Origin: Candidatus Kerfeldbacteria bacterium
GTDB taxonomy: Bacteria > Patescibacteriota > Patescibacteriia > SBBC01 > CAIJZX01
Assembly (NCBI GenBank): GCA_903825245.1
Contig: CAIJZX010000016.1
Location: forward strand, 66,100-130,099
Reading direction: 5' to 3'
Length of the DNA: 64,000 nucleotides
Of this stretch, positions 17,998 through 28,276 are shown in pieces. Numbering within the stretch: the first letter of the stretch is position 1; each line of letters opens with the position of its first letter. The notes below the pieces were generated by a model, which ran no database searches, was not told where the DNA came from, and was given only the letters and a program-made list of their open reading frames with translations. The translations under genes and the position numbers were made by a program.

Positions 17998-18974
17998 AAA
18001 CCTTTGATGTCATCACTATCGGCGCGGCCACTCGGGACGTGTTCTTAAAAAGCAAGGCGATTCGCGTTATTCGTGACGCTGATTTTTCGACCGGTGAAGC
18101 TGAATGTTTTGCCTTAGGCTCAAAAATAGAAGTTGACGATATTATCTTTGAAACCGGCGGCGGGGCGACAAACGCCGCAGTGAGTTTTGCACGGCAAGGT
18201 TTACGATCATCGTTTGCCGGAAAAATTGGAGCACATGACGCGCGCGGTACAGAAATTCTAGCTGCGTTAAAGGCCGAGAAGGTAGATACCTCGCTCGTCA
18301 CCCGCGATACAAAGAAAGCGACCGGGTACTCCGTCTTATTATTGACTCCGCGTGGTGAACGCACGGTTCTCGTCTACCGTGGTGCTTCAGCGGATTTCTC
18401 CATTCATGATTTTCCGTGGTCGCGGATGCATAGCCGATGGATCTATGTTTCATCGCTAGCCGGAAAATTGCCGATTTTGAAAACAATTTGGGAACACGCC
18501 GCGAAACACCATACAAAAATTATCTGGGATCCAGGGAGCGGCGAATTGGCTCACGGACTGGCACGCTTAAAACCGTTCCTGCAACAAACGAGTATTCTCC
18601 ATGTCAATCAGGAAGAAGCGGCGAAAATGATGGGCTATGGGTACGAACAAGATGAAATGAGCTTCGATCGACTACGACAAATTGTCGGCGGTGTCACTAT
18701 TGTTACCGGCGGTACAGAGGGCGCACTTGGCGGCACAACGAAGGAAAGTTGGCGATCCGGAACGCATCCGATTCAGGTTCTTGATACCACCGGCGCGGGG
18801 GATGCATTTACCAGCGGGTTTGCCGCTGCCTTCATTCGTACCAAAGGCGATATACCATATGCCTTGCAGTTTGGTACAGAAAACTCGGAATCAGTTATTC
18901 GCCATCATGGGGCAAAAGTAGGATTACTCAAAACACATCGACTGAGCAAACCGGTTCGGGTCACACGGAGATAA
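17994..18974 (+). CDS. PfkB-family carbohydrate/nucleoside kinase
   Basis: GGGATNAAV and DTTGAGDAFTSGF motifs. Overlaps the fba stop by 4 nt. Confidence 0.75.
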   Translation: MKTFDVITIGAATRDVFLKSKAIRVIRDADFSTGEAECFALGSKIEVDDIIFETGGGATNAAVSFARQGLRSSFAGKIGAHDARGTEILAALKAEKVDTSLVTRDTKKATGYSVLLLTPRGERTVLVYRGASADFSIHDFPWSRMHSRWIYVSSLAGKLPILKTIWEHAAKHHTKIIWDPGSGELAHGLARLKPFLQQTSILHVNQEEAAKMMGYGYEQDEMSFDRLRQIVGGVTIVTGGTEGALGGTTKESWRSGTHPIQVLDTTGAGDAFTSGFAAAFIRTKGDIPYALQFGTENSESVIRHHGAKVGLLKTHRLSKPVRVTRR

Positions 18975-18977
18975 GCT

Positions 18978-20483
18978 ATGCCATTTTTCCTCAACGCTCG
19001 GCGTATCGATATCGACACCGGAGGTGACTCGCAGATTGTCTTACTTCGCGGACGCGATGCAGATTCTTTTGGTATTACGCCAGGTGATCGTATTCGACTG
19101 ACTTCGGGAAAAAATGTCATTACGGTGGCGACCGATGTAACCCACCACTCTATCAGGCACGGTGAAATTGGCATTTTCGCTGATATTTGGAAACTGCTCA
19201 AAACACGCGAACATGCTCCGGTGATTATTGAAGCAATCGCCCGGCCAGCTTCAGTTGAGGCTATTAAAAAGAAACTCCTCGGGCAGGAAATTTCTGACCA
19301 AGAAATTCGGTCCATTATTACGGATATTTCTAAACGTCAACTGAGCACTATCGAAACCACGTACTTTGTCGCTTCCGGGTATGTCAAGCCGTATACCAAC
19401 CGCGAACTTATTTCAATGGTTGCCGCCATGGCAGAAACCGGCGACATGTTCAAATGGGGAAACCGAAAGGTTGTCGATAAACATTCGGTGGGTGGTTTAG
19501 CTGGCAATCGCACCACCATGGTCGCGATTCCGATTATCGCTTCGCTTGGACTACTTATTCCGAAAACATCCTCACGAGCAATTACATCACCATCCGGCAC
19601 GGCCGATACAATGGAGGTACTGGCACCAGTAACCTTTACCGCCGACCAAGTAAAAAATATTGTCCGCCAAGCCGGTGGCTGTTTGATTTGGGGCGGGGGA
19701 TTGAGCATCGCTCCCGCCGACGACCTCATTATTCGCGTCTCAAAACCACTGTCACTCGAACCGTATGATAAAATGATCGTCAGTATTTTAGCCAAGAAAG
19801 TGGCCATGGGCGTACAGTATTTAGTCGTTGATTTACCGTATGGTCCAGGAACGAAAATTCCGAATCGGACGGTTGGAAAATTTATTGAAGATCGATTTCA
19901 GGCGGTTGGTAAAGCATTCCACATGCATATCAAGGTGAAATTTGATGCGGCCAAGCAACCGATTGGTAGTGGTGTCGGTCCAGCGCTCGAGGCCCGCGAC
20001 GTTCTACGTGTCTTGCAACGCTCCGATGATCGACCACTTGATTTAGAACGTAAAGCTATTGGTTTAGCCGCGGAATTATTGGAAATGAGTGGCAACTGTC
20101 GACCAGGACAAGGAACGGCGATCGCCCATCAAGCACTTGCAGATGGTCGGGCATGGAAAAAAATGCAGCAAATTATCGGCTTGCAAGGCGGGCGAACTGA
20201 CATCAAACCAGACGATGTGCTCAAGGGAGCTATAACCTACACCGTGACCGCCAAACACGCCGGCATCATTCGTGAAGTTGACAACCGCGCCATTGATGAT
20301 GTTGCGCGGACACTTGGCGCACCGGATCACAAACTGGGCGGGCTATTCTTACACCGGAAAATTGGACAGCGTGTGAAGATCGGCGATCCATTAGTAATGT
20401 TGTCCAGCCAAAGCGCAGATCGAATGGCGCTTGCTCGACATTCAACAGCATTGCAACAAATTCTGAAATTGCGTGCTGTATGA
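18978..20483 (+). CDS. AMP phosphorylase / thymidine phosphorylase family with archaeal-type N-terminal domain
   Basis: An N-terminal domain of about 95 aa (RRIDIDTGG...IKKKL) precedes a TP-like core with SRAITSPSGTADTMEVLAPV. Length 501 aa. Confidence 0.6.
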   Translation: MPFFLNARRIDIDTGGDSQIVLLRGRDADSFGITPGDRIRLTSGKNVITVATDVTHHSIRHGEIGIFADIWKLLKTREHAPVIIEAIARPASVEAIKKKLLGQEISDQEIRSIITDISKRQLSTIETTYFVASGYVKPYTNRELISMVAAMAETGDMFKWGNRKVVDKHSVGGLAGNRTTMVAIPIIASLGLLIPKTSSRAITSPSGTADTMEVLAPVTFTADQVKNIVRQAGGCLIWGGGLSIAPADDLIIRVSKPLSLEPYDKMIVSILAKKVAMGVQYLVVDLPYGPGTKIPNRTVGKFIEDRFQAVGKAFHMHIKVKFDAAKQPIGSGVGPALEARDVLRVLQRSDDRPLDLERKAIGLAAELLEMSGNCRPGQGTAIAHQALADGRAWKKMQQIIGLQGGRTDIKPDDVLKGAITYTVTAKHAGIIREVDNRAIDDVARTLGAPDHKLGGLFLHRKIGQRVKIGDPLVMLSSQSADRMALARHSTALQQILKLRAV

Positions 20484-21991
20484 ACGTTCGTGTCCGCCGC
20501 CCAGCGTGGGTACAACTGAGTGAATTGACACGATATCGCTGGTTAGAAATGCTGCCAGGATTGAGTGTCTGGGTGACATTAATTACCGCTGTTGTCGTCT
20601 CCATCTTCGCCCCGGTGGTAGCCATTGGCTTTATTGTCGTCTTCGATGTGTTTTGGCTAATTCGCGTACTCTACACGATGAGCTACCTCATTATTGCCTT
20701 CGGCCAGTACCGACGGACAATCACGGTTGATTGGTACCAACGAATGACCACGCTGCCCGATTGGCAAAACATCTACCAACTCATTATAGTTCCGACGGCG
20801 AGTGAGCCATATGAAGTTTTGCGTGGCACGTTTGAATCGTTAGCAAAGGTTGCTTTCCCGCAGCACCACATGATTGTTGTCTTGGCTATTGAAGGACGTA
20901 ACGCTACAACGCTTCGGCCAATCGCTGAGCGACTACGACAGGAATACGAATCCATCTTTACAACCTTTTTAGTCACTGAACATCCCGACTCCATTATCGG
21001 TGAAGTTGCCGGTAAGGGTGCCAACGGGGCTTGGGCGGGCCGAAAAGCCCAAGAGCTGATTGATGCCTTACAGATACCCTACACGAACGTTCTCGTGTCC
21101 ACGTTTGACGCTGATTCCGTCGCTCATCCGCAGTATTTTAGTTACCTGACGTATACCTTTTTAACACATCCGGATCGACATCATACGAGCTATCAGCCGA
21201 TTCCGCTCTTCCACAATAACGTTTGGGATGCCCTACCAATGATGCGCGTCGTGGCAGCGAGCACCACAATTTGGTTGCTCGGTGATGCTGCGAGACCGGA
21301 ACGATTATTAACGTTTTCCTCCCATAGCATGCCGTTTACAGCGCTTGTTGATGTCGGTTTCTGGCAAACGGACTGCGTATCGGAAGACTCACGGATATTT
21401 CTTCAATGTCTTGTACATTATGACGGTCGTTACACGGTTACGCCAATGTTTATACCAATTTCGATGGATACGATTGATGCGCCATCAATCTGGCGTAGCA
21501 TGGTCAACCAATACAAACAAATTCGCCGCTGGGCATACGGTACAGAAAACTTGCCATACATGATCTGGAATTTTCTTTCTAATCCACGAATGCCCCGTCT
21601 GCTGAAATGGCGATATATCTGGAATCAATTTGAGGGCACATACTCTTGGGCCACAGCGCCGCTGTTAATCACCCTTCTCGGCTGGCTGCCGTTTCAATTC
21701 CATAACGCCGCCCTCGACACTTCCGTCTTGGCTCACAATGCACCGATGGTGACCCAACGTTTACTTCTGGGTGCGATGCTCGGCCTCGTGGCCTCAGCCG
21801 TCGTTACTACGGTGATGCTTCCGCGCGAAAACCATCAAGCCCGCTGGTACGAATGGATCATGATGGTTGGCCAATGGTTCTTACTTCCAATAACCATGAT
21901 TGCTTTTGGTTCAATTCCGGCGATTGAAGCACAAACTCGCTTGATGCTGGGAAAATATTTAGGTTTTTGGGTATCAGAAAAAACCCGATGA
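20480..21991 (+). CDS. Membrane processive family-2 glycosyltransferase (CesA/Has/IcaA-like)
   Basis: N-terminal and C-terminal TM helices, DxD (FDADS) and QxxRW (QYKQIRRW) motifs. Start overlaps the upstream stop by 4 nt. Confidence 0.65.
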   Translation: MNVRVRRPAWVQLSELTRYRWLEMLPGLSVWVTLITAVVVSIFAPVVAIGFIVVFDVFWLIRVLYTMSYLIIAFGQYRRTITVDWYQRMTTLPDWQNIYQLIIVPTASEPYEVLRGTFESLAKVAFPQHHMIVVLAIEGRNATTLRPIAERLRQEYESIFTTFLVTEHPDSIIGEVAGKGANGAWAGRKAQELIDALQIPYTNVLVSTFDADSVAHPQYFSYLTYTFLTHPDRHHTSYQPIPLFHNNVWDALPMMRVVAASTTIWLLGDAARPERLLTFSSHSMPFTALVDVGFWQTDCVSEDSRIFLQCLVHYDGRYTVTPMFIPISMDTIDAPSIWRSMVNQYKQIRRWAYGTENLPYMIWNFLSNPRMPRLLKWRYIWNQFEGTYSWATAPLLITLLGWLPFQFHNAALDTSVLAHNAPMVTQRLLLGAMLGLVASAVVTTVMLPRENHQARWYEWIMMVGQWFLLPITMIAFGSIPAIEAQTRLMLGKYLGFWVSEKTR

Positions 21992-22013
21992 TACTGGTCC
22001 GGTTGAGGATACA

Positions 22014-22673
22014 TTACTCGTCTACTGATCCGTATAATGCTTTTTGTTCTTTCTTGTAGTACGCCCAATATCGATCGCCGTATGACCAGTGCCACCATTC
22101 CGCAGGATAATTAACAAACCCAGCTTGAGATAATGCCGAGATTAATATAGTTCGAAATTTTTTTTGCTCCGGCGTTATATTCCGGGAAAGCGTATGCGAA
22201 GTTTCACTATAATCTCCAATTTGAGGTGTGGTATGCGTGGTAGTCCTGAGGTTATATTCCTTTCCCTGGTCATCAACTAACGTAAGATCGACCGCGCCAC
22301 CGGTAGTGTGGGGTGGAATACTCTTCGGTGGGGCAACGAAAATGCTGGCCTCTTTTTCGACTTTTTTCCTAGTCCAATCTGGATGCTCTAGAGATAGTTT
22401 CTGAACATATTCAGCAAAGTATTCTTTCTGCACACGAAGCGGGTGCCAACCTTCATTCACCTTAAAATGAAAATGATTAGGCAACAATAACGATGCAGTT
22501 TTTAACCTTTCTGCCACACCCCGACGTACCTGAAACAGACTAGACGCGTTTTCGGAAGTATCAACAGATATCCAGGATGCATTTTGAAGGTCAACCAATA
22601 TATCGCCATTATCTTGTACAGGTATGGCCAGAATCAATGGATCAGCAATGGATAAAAATGGACCAGGAACCAT
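22014..22673 (-). CDS. Peptidase M15 D-Ala-D-Ala dipeptidase (VanX-like)
   Basis: VanX-type core HTTGGAVDLTL with surrounding His/Asp/Glu residues. Confidence 0.6.
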   Translation of the reverse strand: MVPGPFLSIADPLILAIPVQDNGDILVDLQNASWISVDTSENASSLFQVRRGVAERLKTASLLLPNHFHFKVNEGWHPLRVQKEYFAEYVQKLSLEHPDWTRKKVEKEASIFVAPPKSIPPHTTGGAVDLTLVDDQGKEYNLRTTTHTTPQIGDYSETSHTLSRNITPEQKKFRTILISALSQAGFVNYPAEWWHWSYGDRYWAYYKKEQKALYGSVDE

Positions 22674-22714
22674 TGTAGTTAATATACCTGTAGCAGGTTG
22701 TTACTCAGAGAAGG

Positions 22715-23647
22715 CTACCCTAACAATGCGCCAATAAAGTTCGGATAACTTCCCGGCACAGTTCTTGCGTCTTGTGGTTGGCGTCCGCTGAATTGGATGA
22801 CCGTGGGAATAAAGAGTCCACTGGTGCAGACGATGGCCCACGATCGCTCGTGACGAACAACCGTCCCGGGTTGAGCAATTACTCGCTGCGGCAATGCATG
22901 TGCCTCTAGAATTTTTATTTCCTTACCGTTCCACGATGTCCAAACACCTGGCCATGGGGTATAGGCACGGACATTGCGTTCGAGTTGTAGAGCACTCTTC
23001 CATGTTGCCCGACCATCAGCGCGTTGTAATTTCTGGCAGAGAACAGCACCCTCAACCGGCTGAATTTTCGGTTCAACTTGATCATTGAGCCAACCCAAAA
23101 CAACTTCCTCAAGGTGAGTTGCCGAAAGCTCGGCTAGCCGTTGTTCGAGTTGCGGACGAGTTTCAGTAGGTTCGATGGGTAACGGATACTGTGCAAGCAC
23201 CGGGCCAGTATCGCATCCGGCATCCATCAACATAAATGTCGTACCGGTCACTTGGTCGCCATTAACAATAGCCGCTGCGATCGGACTCGCCCCGCGGTAG
23301 CGAGGAAGAAGTGAGGCATGGATATTAATTGAACCTCGACCCGGCAAATCGAGAATTTCTTGTGGCAGTAGTAATCCATACGCGGCCACCAGAAAAACAT
23401 CAGCTTGTAAGGCAGCGATATCTGCTTGCACCTGATCATCACGTAGTGATGTCGGAGTCAGAACAGGAATATTGTACTGTTGCGCCCATTGAGCTACAGC
23501 TGTTTCCGTTATTGTTTTCTGGCGGCCAATTTCCCGCGCCGGTTGAGTCACCACACCGACAAGGGTTACTTCTTTGCTATTAGCGATCACGTTCAGCGCT
23601 GGAATACCAAATGCACTAGTGCCAAAAAAAACAAGTCGAATACTCAT
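22715..23647 (-). CDS. fmt: Methionyl-tRNA formyltransferase
   Basis: N-terminal VFFGTSAFGIPAL and formyltransferase core. Overlaps def by 4 nt in an operon. Confidence 0.85.
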   Translation of the reverse strand: MSIRLVFFGTSAFGIPALNVIANSKEVTLVGVVTQPAREIGRQKTITETAVAQWAQQYNIPVLTPTSLRDDQVQADIAALQADVFLVAAYGLLLPQEILDLPGRGSINIHASLLPRYRGASPIAAAIVNGDQVTGTTFMLMDAGCDTGPVLAQYPLPIEPTETRPQLEQRLAELSATHLEEVVLGWLNDQVEPKIQPVEGAVLCQKLQRADGRATWKSALQLERNVRAYTPWPGVWTSWNGKEIKILEAHALPQRVIAQPGTVVRHERSWAIVCTSGLFIPTVIQFSGRQPQDARTVPGSYPNFIGALLG

Positions 23648-24159
23648 GGGAGTAAATTTTTTCCTTTAGTAAAACTGGTGGCTCGCGTAATAAACAGAAC
23701 GCCGTCGAGGTGATCCACTTCGTGCTGGATGACCCGTGCCAATAGACCTTCCGCGGACAAGGTAAGCAGTTGAGCTTGTCGGTTATAAGCCTGAACCGTG
23801 ATGATAGTTGGTCGCGGTACATAACCAAACACTCCCGGAATCGACAAGCAGCCTTCTTCCTGAATGTCGTGGTCTACACTTCGCTCAAGAATTGTAGGAT
23901 TCAGTAAAACAAGAGGTTCTTTCAGTCCACTGTCGGCTGAGTCATCAATGACTGCAATTCGAACATTTTGACCAACTTGTGGGGCCGCTAAGCCAATGCC
24001 ATCGGCTTTACGCATGGTCACAATCATACTATCAACCAGTGACTGTGTTACTGATAACTGCAGGTCTGATTCCAAAACCGGACTTGTCGGTTGTTGCAAG
24101 AACGCGTATTCCGCTGGTTCGAATATTTTCCAGATTCGTAATGGTTGCGATCGTTTCAT
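23644..24159 (-). CDS. def: Peptide deformylase
   Basis: GIGLAAPQVG, EGCLS and QHEVDHLDG motifs. Confidence 0.9.
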   Translation of the reverse strand: MKRSQPLRIWKIFEPAEYAFLQQPTSPVLESDLQLSVTQSLVDSMIVTMRKADGIGLAAPQVGQNVRIAVIDDSADSGLKEPLVLLNPTILERSVDHDIQEEGCLSIPGVFGYVPRPTIITVQAYNRQAQLLTLSAEGLLARVIQHEVDHLDGVLFITRATSFTKGKNLLP

Positions 24160-24192
24160 ATAAACAGTGTACCGAATAAAGGAGGTTGGCGT

Positions 24193-25950
24193 CTAGTCTA
24201 ACCACGAGCGAGGAGAGAAATCCACTTGCCACGGATAGGGGAAGTATTCTGACCAAGCAAACTGTGTTTCAGCCTCCGGGGTAAGAAACGTCAGTAGGAG
24301 CCGATGCGGATGTTTTTGAGATACTGGTAGTCGTGTTACCGAAACGCTATCCGATAATGCTGATAAAGCCCGTTGTACGCCTTCCACCGTCGCCATCGGG
24401 CCTCGATACCGAGCAATCCACTGGGTCGTAAACGGTGGTAATCCTAGACGGTGCCGATCGGCTAATTCGTTTTCATACCAAGCACGATCGTCACTGTGCA
24501 GCCAACGCTGCCAAAAAACGTTTTGTGTATCAAACGTTTGAACGAGTATCGTGCTCGTGGGTGACGACGCCTCCAAACGGGACAAAAATTGCCATGCTCG
24601 TTCCGTTGCCGAATAGTCCGGAATGTTTAGTAGGCTGTCACCACTGACAAGAATAATGGCACCGACAGGTTTCATCGATTGTAGATGGTGGTATGCCTGA
24701 TAGGTATCAACCGCAATATCACACAGCACATCAGGACTGACGATCGGCGCCACCGTGTTCTCCGGCCATAATGCCTGCGCCGCGGCCACAATCTGTTCAA
24801 TACCAAGTCCGCGTACTGCCCAACGCGTTCCGCCACAGTTTGGGCAAGCCGCATGAAGTGAAACTGTTGAATGACAATGCTGACAAACTGCATCGTCCTT
24901 CACGCCACGAAACAGCGTCGCTCGTTGTCCACAAATCGGACATCGTTGGACATATTGGCATGACTGACACAATGTCGTACTGGCAAATCCACGCCGGGGA
25001 CCAATGCAAATAACACGTTGATGTGCCGCCAGAGTATCGTTGATTATTTGCCGCGCTTCTTCAGTAAACCATGAGAACGATGCATCCCGATTTAATGAAG
25101 CAATCTGCCGTTGTGGTGAAACCGGCGGCGGAATCGGGTGATTATCACGATAGGTCAGCAGCGTTGGTGCTGATGACGTTATGCTTGCAGTTGCCTGCAA
25201 CGATCGTAAAATTGTTAGTGTATCGTAACGAGGGTGCGCTGCTGTTTGTTTATGACCAATATGTTCTTCTTGATCAAGGAGAATCGTCGGCGTCGAAGGA
25301 AACGGTAAACTCAATGCCCGCAGCGTACCGACAAGAACCAGCCGCTCACCGCAGATGAGTCGTTGCCATAGTTTAGCGATCGCCGTCGGCGTGATTTTAC
25401 TGTGGACAATTTCAGCGACTTGACCTTGTCCGGCAAATACATCAGCAATGGCCTGAATATCTTGAACCGTCGGCGAAAGGATCACTTTTGATTTTTCGGA
25501 CGCTCGAGCTTGTTCAAGCAAATGTTGGATAGCTTGTTGTCGATTGCGATACCAAAAGATGTCCGGTGATGCCGGTACATTTTTGATAGTTGCAAAGATC
25601 GGTACCTCTGAGAAATACTTCGTTAATCCCCGAAGGGTCAGTTTGGGTATACTACCCATCAATACCGTCGTCAAAGACGTCGCTCCAGTATCCGCCATCG
25701 CCTGACTAACACGCATCATCCACGGTGTTATTATTGGTCCAGAGAAATGTACCTGGGAAATTTCTTGAGCGGAATAATTTCCCGATAGTGCCACATTCAT
25801 TTGCCAGACAATGCCAAGAATTTGTCGACCGCGCAACGGTATCGATACCAATTGACCGGGGGCAACTGTCATTGTTGCAGGGCATGTATACGTTAACCAC
25901 TGCCGGTCAGCCGGCAATCGGCGAAGCGGCACGACATTAACGTAGGCCAT
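24193..25950 (-). CDS. priA: Primosomal protein N' (PriA)-like, with apparently degenerate helicase motifs
   Basis: PriA-type N-terminal 3'-DNA-binding region and the CxxC...CxxC Zn-binding insert (CQSC...CPIC...CQHC...CPNC). No canonical GxGKT Walker A. The DEEH box reads DQEEH. Confidence 0.55.
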   Translation of the reverse strand: MAYVNVVPLRRLPADRQWLTYTCPATMTVAPGQLVSIPLRGRQILGIVWQMNVALSGNYSAQEISQVHFSGPIITPWMMRVSQAMADTGATSLTTVLMGSIPKLTLRGLTKYFSEVPIFATIKNVPASPDIFWYRNRQQAIQHLLEQARASEKSKVILSPTVQDIQAIADVFAGQGQVAEIVHSKITPTAIAKLWQRLICGERLVLVGTLRALSLPFPSTPTILLDQEEHIGHKQTAAHPRYDTLTILRSLQATASITSSAPTLLTYRDNHPIPPPVSPQRQIASLNRDASFSWFTEEARQIINDTLAAHQRVICIGPRRGFASTTLCQSCQYVQRCPICGQRATLFRGVKDDAVCQHCHSTVSLHAACPNCGGTRWAVRGLGIEQIVAAAQALWPENTVAPIVSPDVLCDIAVDTYQAYHHLQSMKPVGAIILVSGDSLLNIPDYSATERAWQFLSRLEASSPTSTILVQTFDTQNVFWQRWLHSDDRAWYENELADRHRLGLPPFTTQWIARYRGPMATVEGVQRALSALSDSVSVTRLPVSQKHPHRLLLTFLTPEAETQFAWSEYFPYPWQVDFSPRSWLD

Positions 25951-26726
25951 TACCGTAGGGTAAAAATCGCCGTTAGTAAGCCAACACCAAGCGGTGCCTC
26001 AAACGATAATATCGTGCCGTGCTGAGCGATAGGATGAATGACACTGAGTAGTGTCACCAACGGCCCGAAGCCGCAGGTCGTCGGGTGCGGCGTTATAGCG
26101 ATCGCCGGCGCCGGATCCACTGCCACAATGGCTTGCGACAAAGCGCGTTCTTCCGTCGTCGGTCGACGCTGTACTCCAGGAGTCCGATCACTCCGTCGGC
26201 TCATATCGCACGAGGCAATAATCATCGAGCGCGCGGAAATCGCCTGGAGAAAATCATACAGTACCATTCCCGCCCGCAACAGAATATCCGTCTGCTGAAA
26301 AGGGAGAATGACTGGCAAAACTGGTACATTTGGTAGTGGCGACAAAACAAAGGTTAGCGGTACACTTGTACCGTAATCAAGTTCGGAATAAGTATGCAAA
26401 ACGAGCGACACATGTTCTTGTTCCGCTACAGTTTTTAATTGATGACTATAACCCACCGCACCTCGTGCGGTTACAACAGTGGACATATCGCCAAACTCAG
26501 CGAATCCGCCGTGGTACCGTTCCGCAACATTTACAACAATAGTATCGGTTATTGTTTCGTGATGCGGCGTTAGAACAACCATCAGGTCGGGCTTGGCTGC
26601 ATATCCCATTTCTACCACCTCAGCGATACTTCGTTTTGTTAACGTCAATAATTCACCATGATCCTTCCCAACTCCCGGAATCAGCAGGGGGGTATGAGGA
26701 AGCACTGCCGCGGCGACAATCGGCAT
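25950..26726 (-). CDS. LigB/Memo-like (class III extradiol dioxygenase fold) family protein
   Basis: AAVLPHTPLLIP...LTPHH pattern resembling the AmmeMemoRadiSam protein B / LigB superfamily. Weak assignment. Confidence 0.35.
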   Translation of the reverse strand: MPIVAAAVLPHTPLLIPGVGKDHGELLTLTKRSIAEVVEMGYAAKPDLMVVLTPHHETITDTIVVNVAERYHGGFAEFGDMSTVVTARGAVGYSHQLKTVAEQEHVSLVLHTYSELDYGTSVPLTFVLSPLPNVPVLPVILPFQQTDILLRAGMVLYDFLQAISARSMIIASCDMSRRSDRTPGVQRRPTTEERALSQAIVAVDPAPAIAITPHPTTCGFGPLVTLLSVIHPIAQHGTILSFEAPLGVGLLTAIFTLR

Positions 26727-26734
26727 GGTGGGAT

Positions 26735-28237
26735 TTATTTGCTGGCTACCGTAACCATGTTCGTATCAACGTCGAGGGCTTGTCCTTCCGGATGCACGGC
26801 GAGAGATTTATCGTTGGTTTTAATCAAGTTAGCCATGATTTTATCAAAGCCATACGCCTTAGCGGCTGCAGCTGTTGGAATGGGCAATTTGTAACCATTC
26901 GAAATGAAATACACGGAACCACCAGTTTTATTTTGAACCAATGAACCATCGCGGAACCCAACGTACGCACCCCAAGTATACGTATCAAGTTGCGCGGCCG
27001 TTACTTTGATTGTTTTTTGGGTACCAAATTGGTTCTTGTAAATATCGCTCGTCGGTACCGGATACTTCACACCATCTTTAACATAAAAGACCATGCCGTT
27101 TTTTGTACTCTGCAAAATGGCTCCCGCCGGATACACATCGGCCGTTGTAACCGCTTCACCCTCAGGAAACTGGTTGAGGACATCCCACGTCGTCTTGATC
27201 ACTGGCTTTCCAACTAATCCGGCGGCAATCATAGCCGCTTTTGATTTCACAGGGCGCTTGAGGTCATTGACAAGTAAGTAGACGCCACCTTTCGGCGTCG
27301 ACAACAACGAGTAATTGGCAAAATAAATTGGATTACCTGTGTTGTATTGTGCCAGTGTATCAGCTGTTACAAAAATAATTTGTTTTGTACTAAATTGAGC
27401 CAAGAAACTGGTCTGTGAGGAAAAAGGGCGCTTAATACCGCTTTGGATTATATATACAACAGATGATCCCTTGGCTTGCAGTAAGGTACCATCAGGGTAC
27501 ATCCGATGTTGGTTAAAATTATATCCGTTCCAGATCTTCCAAAAAGAATAATTCCCACCCGGATGCGGCGTATACGTATACAAAATAGACGTCACGTAAT
27601 TGGCCGGGGTAATAGCAATTTTTGTACCCGGAACACAAATGTTTCGACCACCGGCAGCATCACTAGCGATACATAGAATGTTATTTGTTTTTCCTGGCCC
27701 CCATGTATTTGCCACCGCAGTTGTGGTAACACCAATCGTTGCTAAGTTCATCAGATACCGACGCACTAATTGTGCGGCATTGGTAACTTGATTTTCAAAT
27801 CCTTTATATTTTTGGATACTTGGCGTCGTGGTTGTGCAGCTGTCGCAAAAACCATAACCTGTTGCCCAGTCAAGCTGTGTTTGTGATGGACTTGGGTCAT
27901 CAATCAGGCTTTCTTCCTTTTGCAAGGTGGTCAGTAAAAATTTCGCGTTTATTTGGGCACCTTGCGCCGCTTCGTTAATAATCTGGGCCGCACTCTTGAC
28001 CGTACCATCCGCCTCGGTAACAGAATAGTTCTTCAGAATTCCAGGATGGTTGCCTAAATATTCCTGAATAGTACTCTGATCCATACTGGATGTGTCGAGT
28101 AATTGGTCATCGCCAATGATCAGATTTGGATTAAACACTAGTGTTGGTGTCGTTTGAGCTTGAACTGGCGTAACTAAACCCGGCGCAATCATCCCTAGTA
28201 TGAGCGCTGACAACGTTATTGACGCAAAGATACGCAT
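26735..28237 (-). CDS. Secreted protein with repeated modules of about 50 aa (putative cell-wall binding)
   Basis: Signal peptide MRIFASITLSALILGMIAPGLVTPVQA. The motif G(I/V/Y)K(Y/R/L)P(V/I/F) recurs with regular spacing. Confidence 0.4.
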   Translation of the reverse strand: MRIFASITLSALILGMIAPGLVTPVQAQTTPTLVFNPNLIIGDDQLLDTSSMDQSTIQEYLGNHPGILKNYSVTEADGTVKSAAQIINEAAQGAQINAKFLLTTLQKEESLIDDPSPSQTQLDWATGYGFCDSCTTTTPSIQKYKGFENQVTNAAQLVRRYLMNLATIGVTTTAVANTWGPGKTNNILCIASDAAGGRNICVPGTKIAITPANYVTSILYTYTPHPGGNYSFWKIWNGYNFNQHRMYPDGTLLQAKGSSVVYIIQSGIKRPFSSQTSFLAQFSTKQIIFVTADTLAQYNTGNPIYFANYSLLSTPKGGVYLLVNDLKRPVKSKAAMIAAGLVGKPVIKTTWDVLNQFPEGEAVTTADVYPAGAILQSTKNGMVFYVKDGVKYPVPTSDIYKNQFGTQKTIKVTAAQLDTYTWGAYVGFRDGSLVQNKTGGSVYFISNGYKLPIPTAAAAKAYGFDKIMANLIKTNDKSLAVHPEGQALDVDTNMVTVASK

Positions 28238-28276
28238 AGGATTGAATTATAGCATATTCGATGATACACTTCAAGC

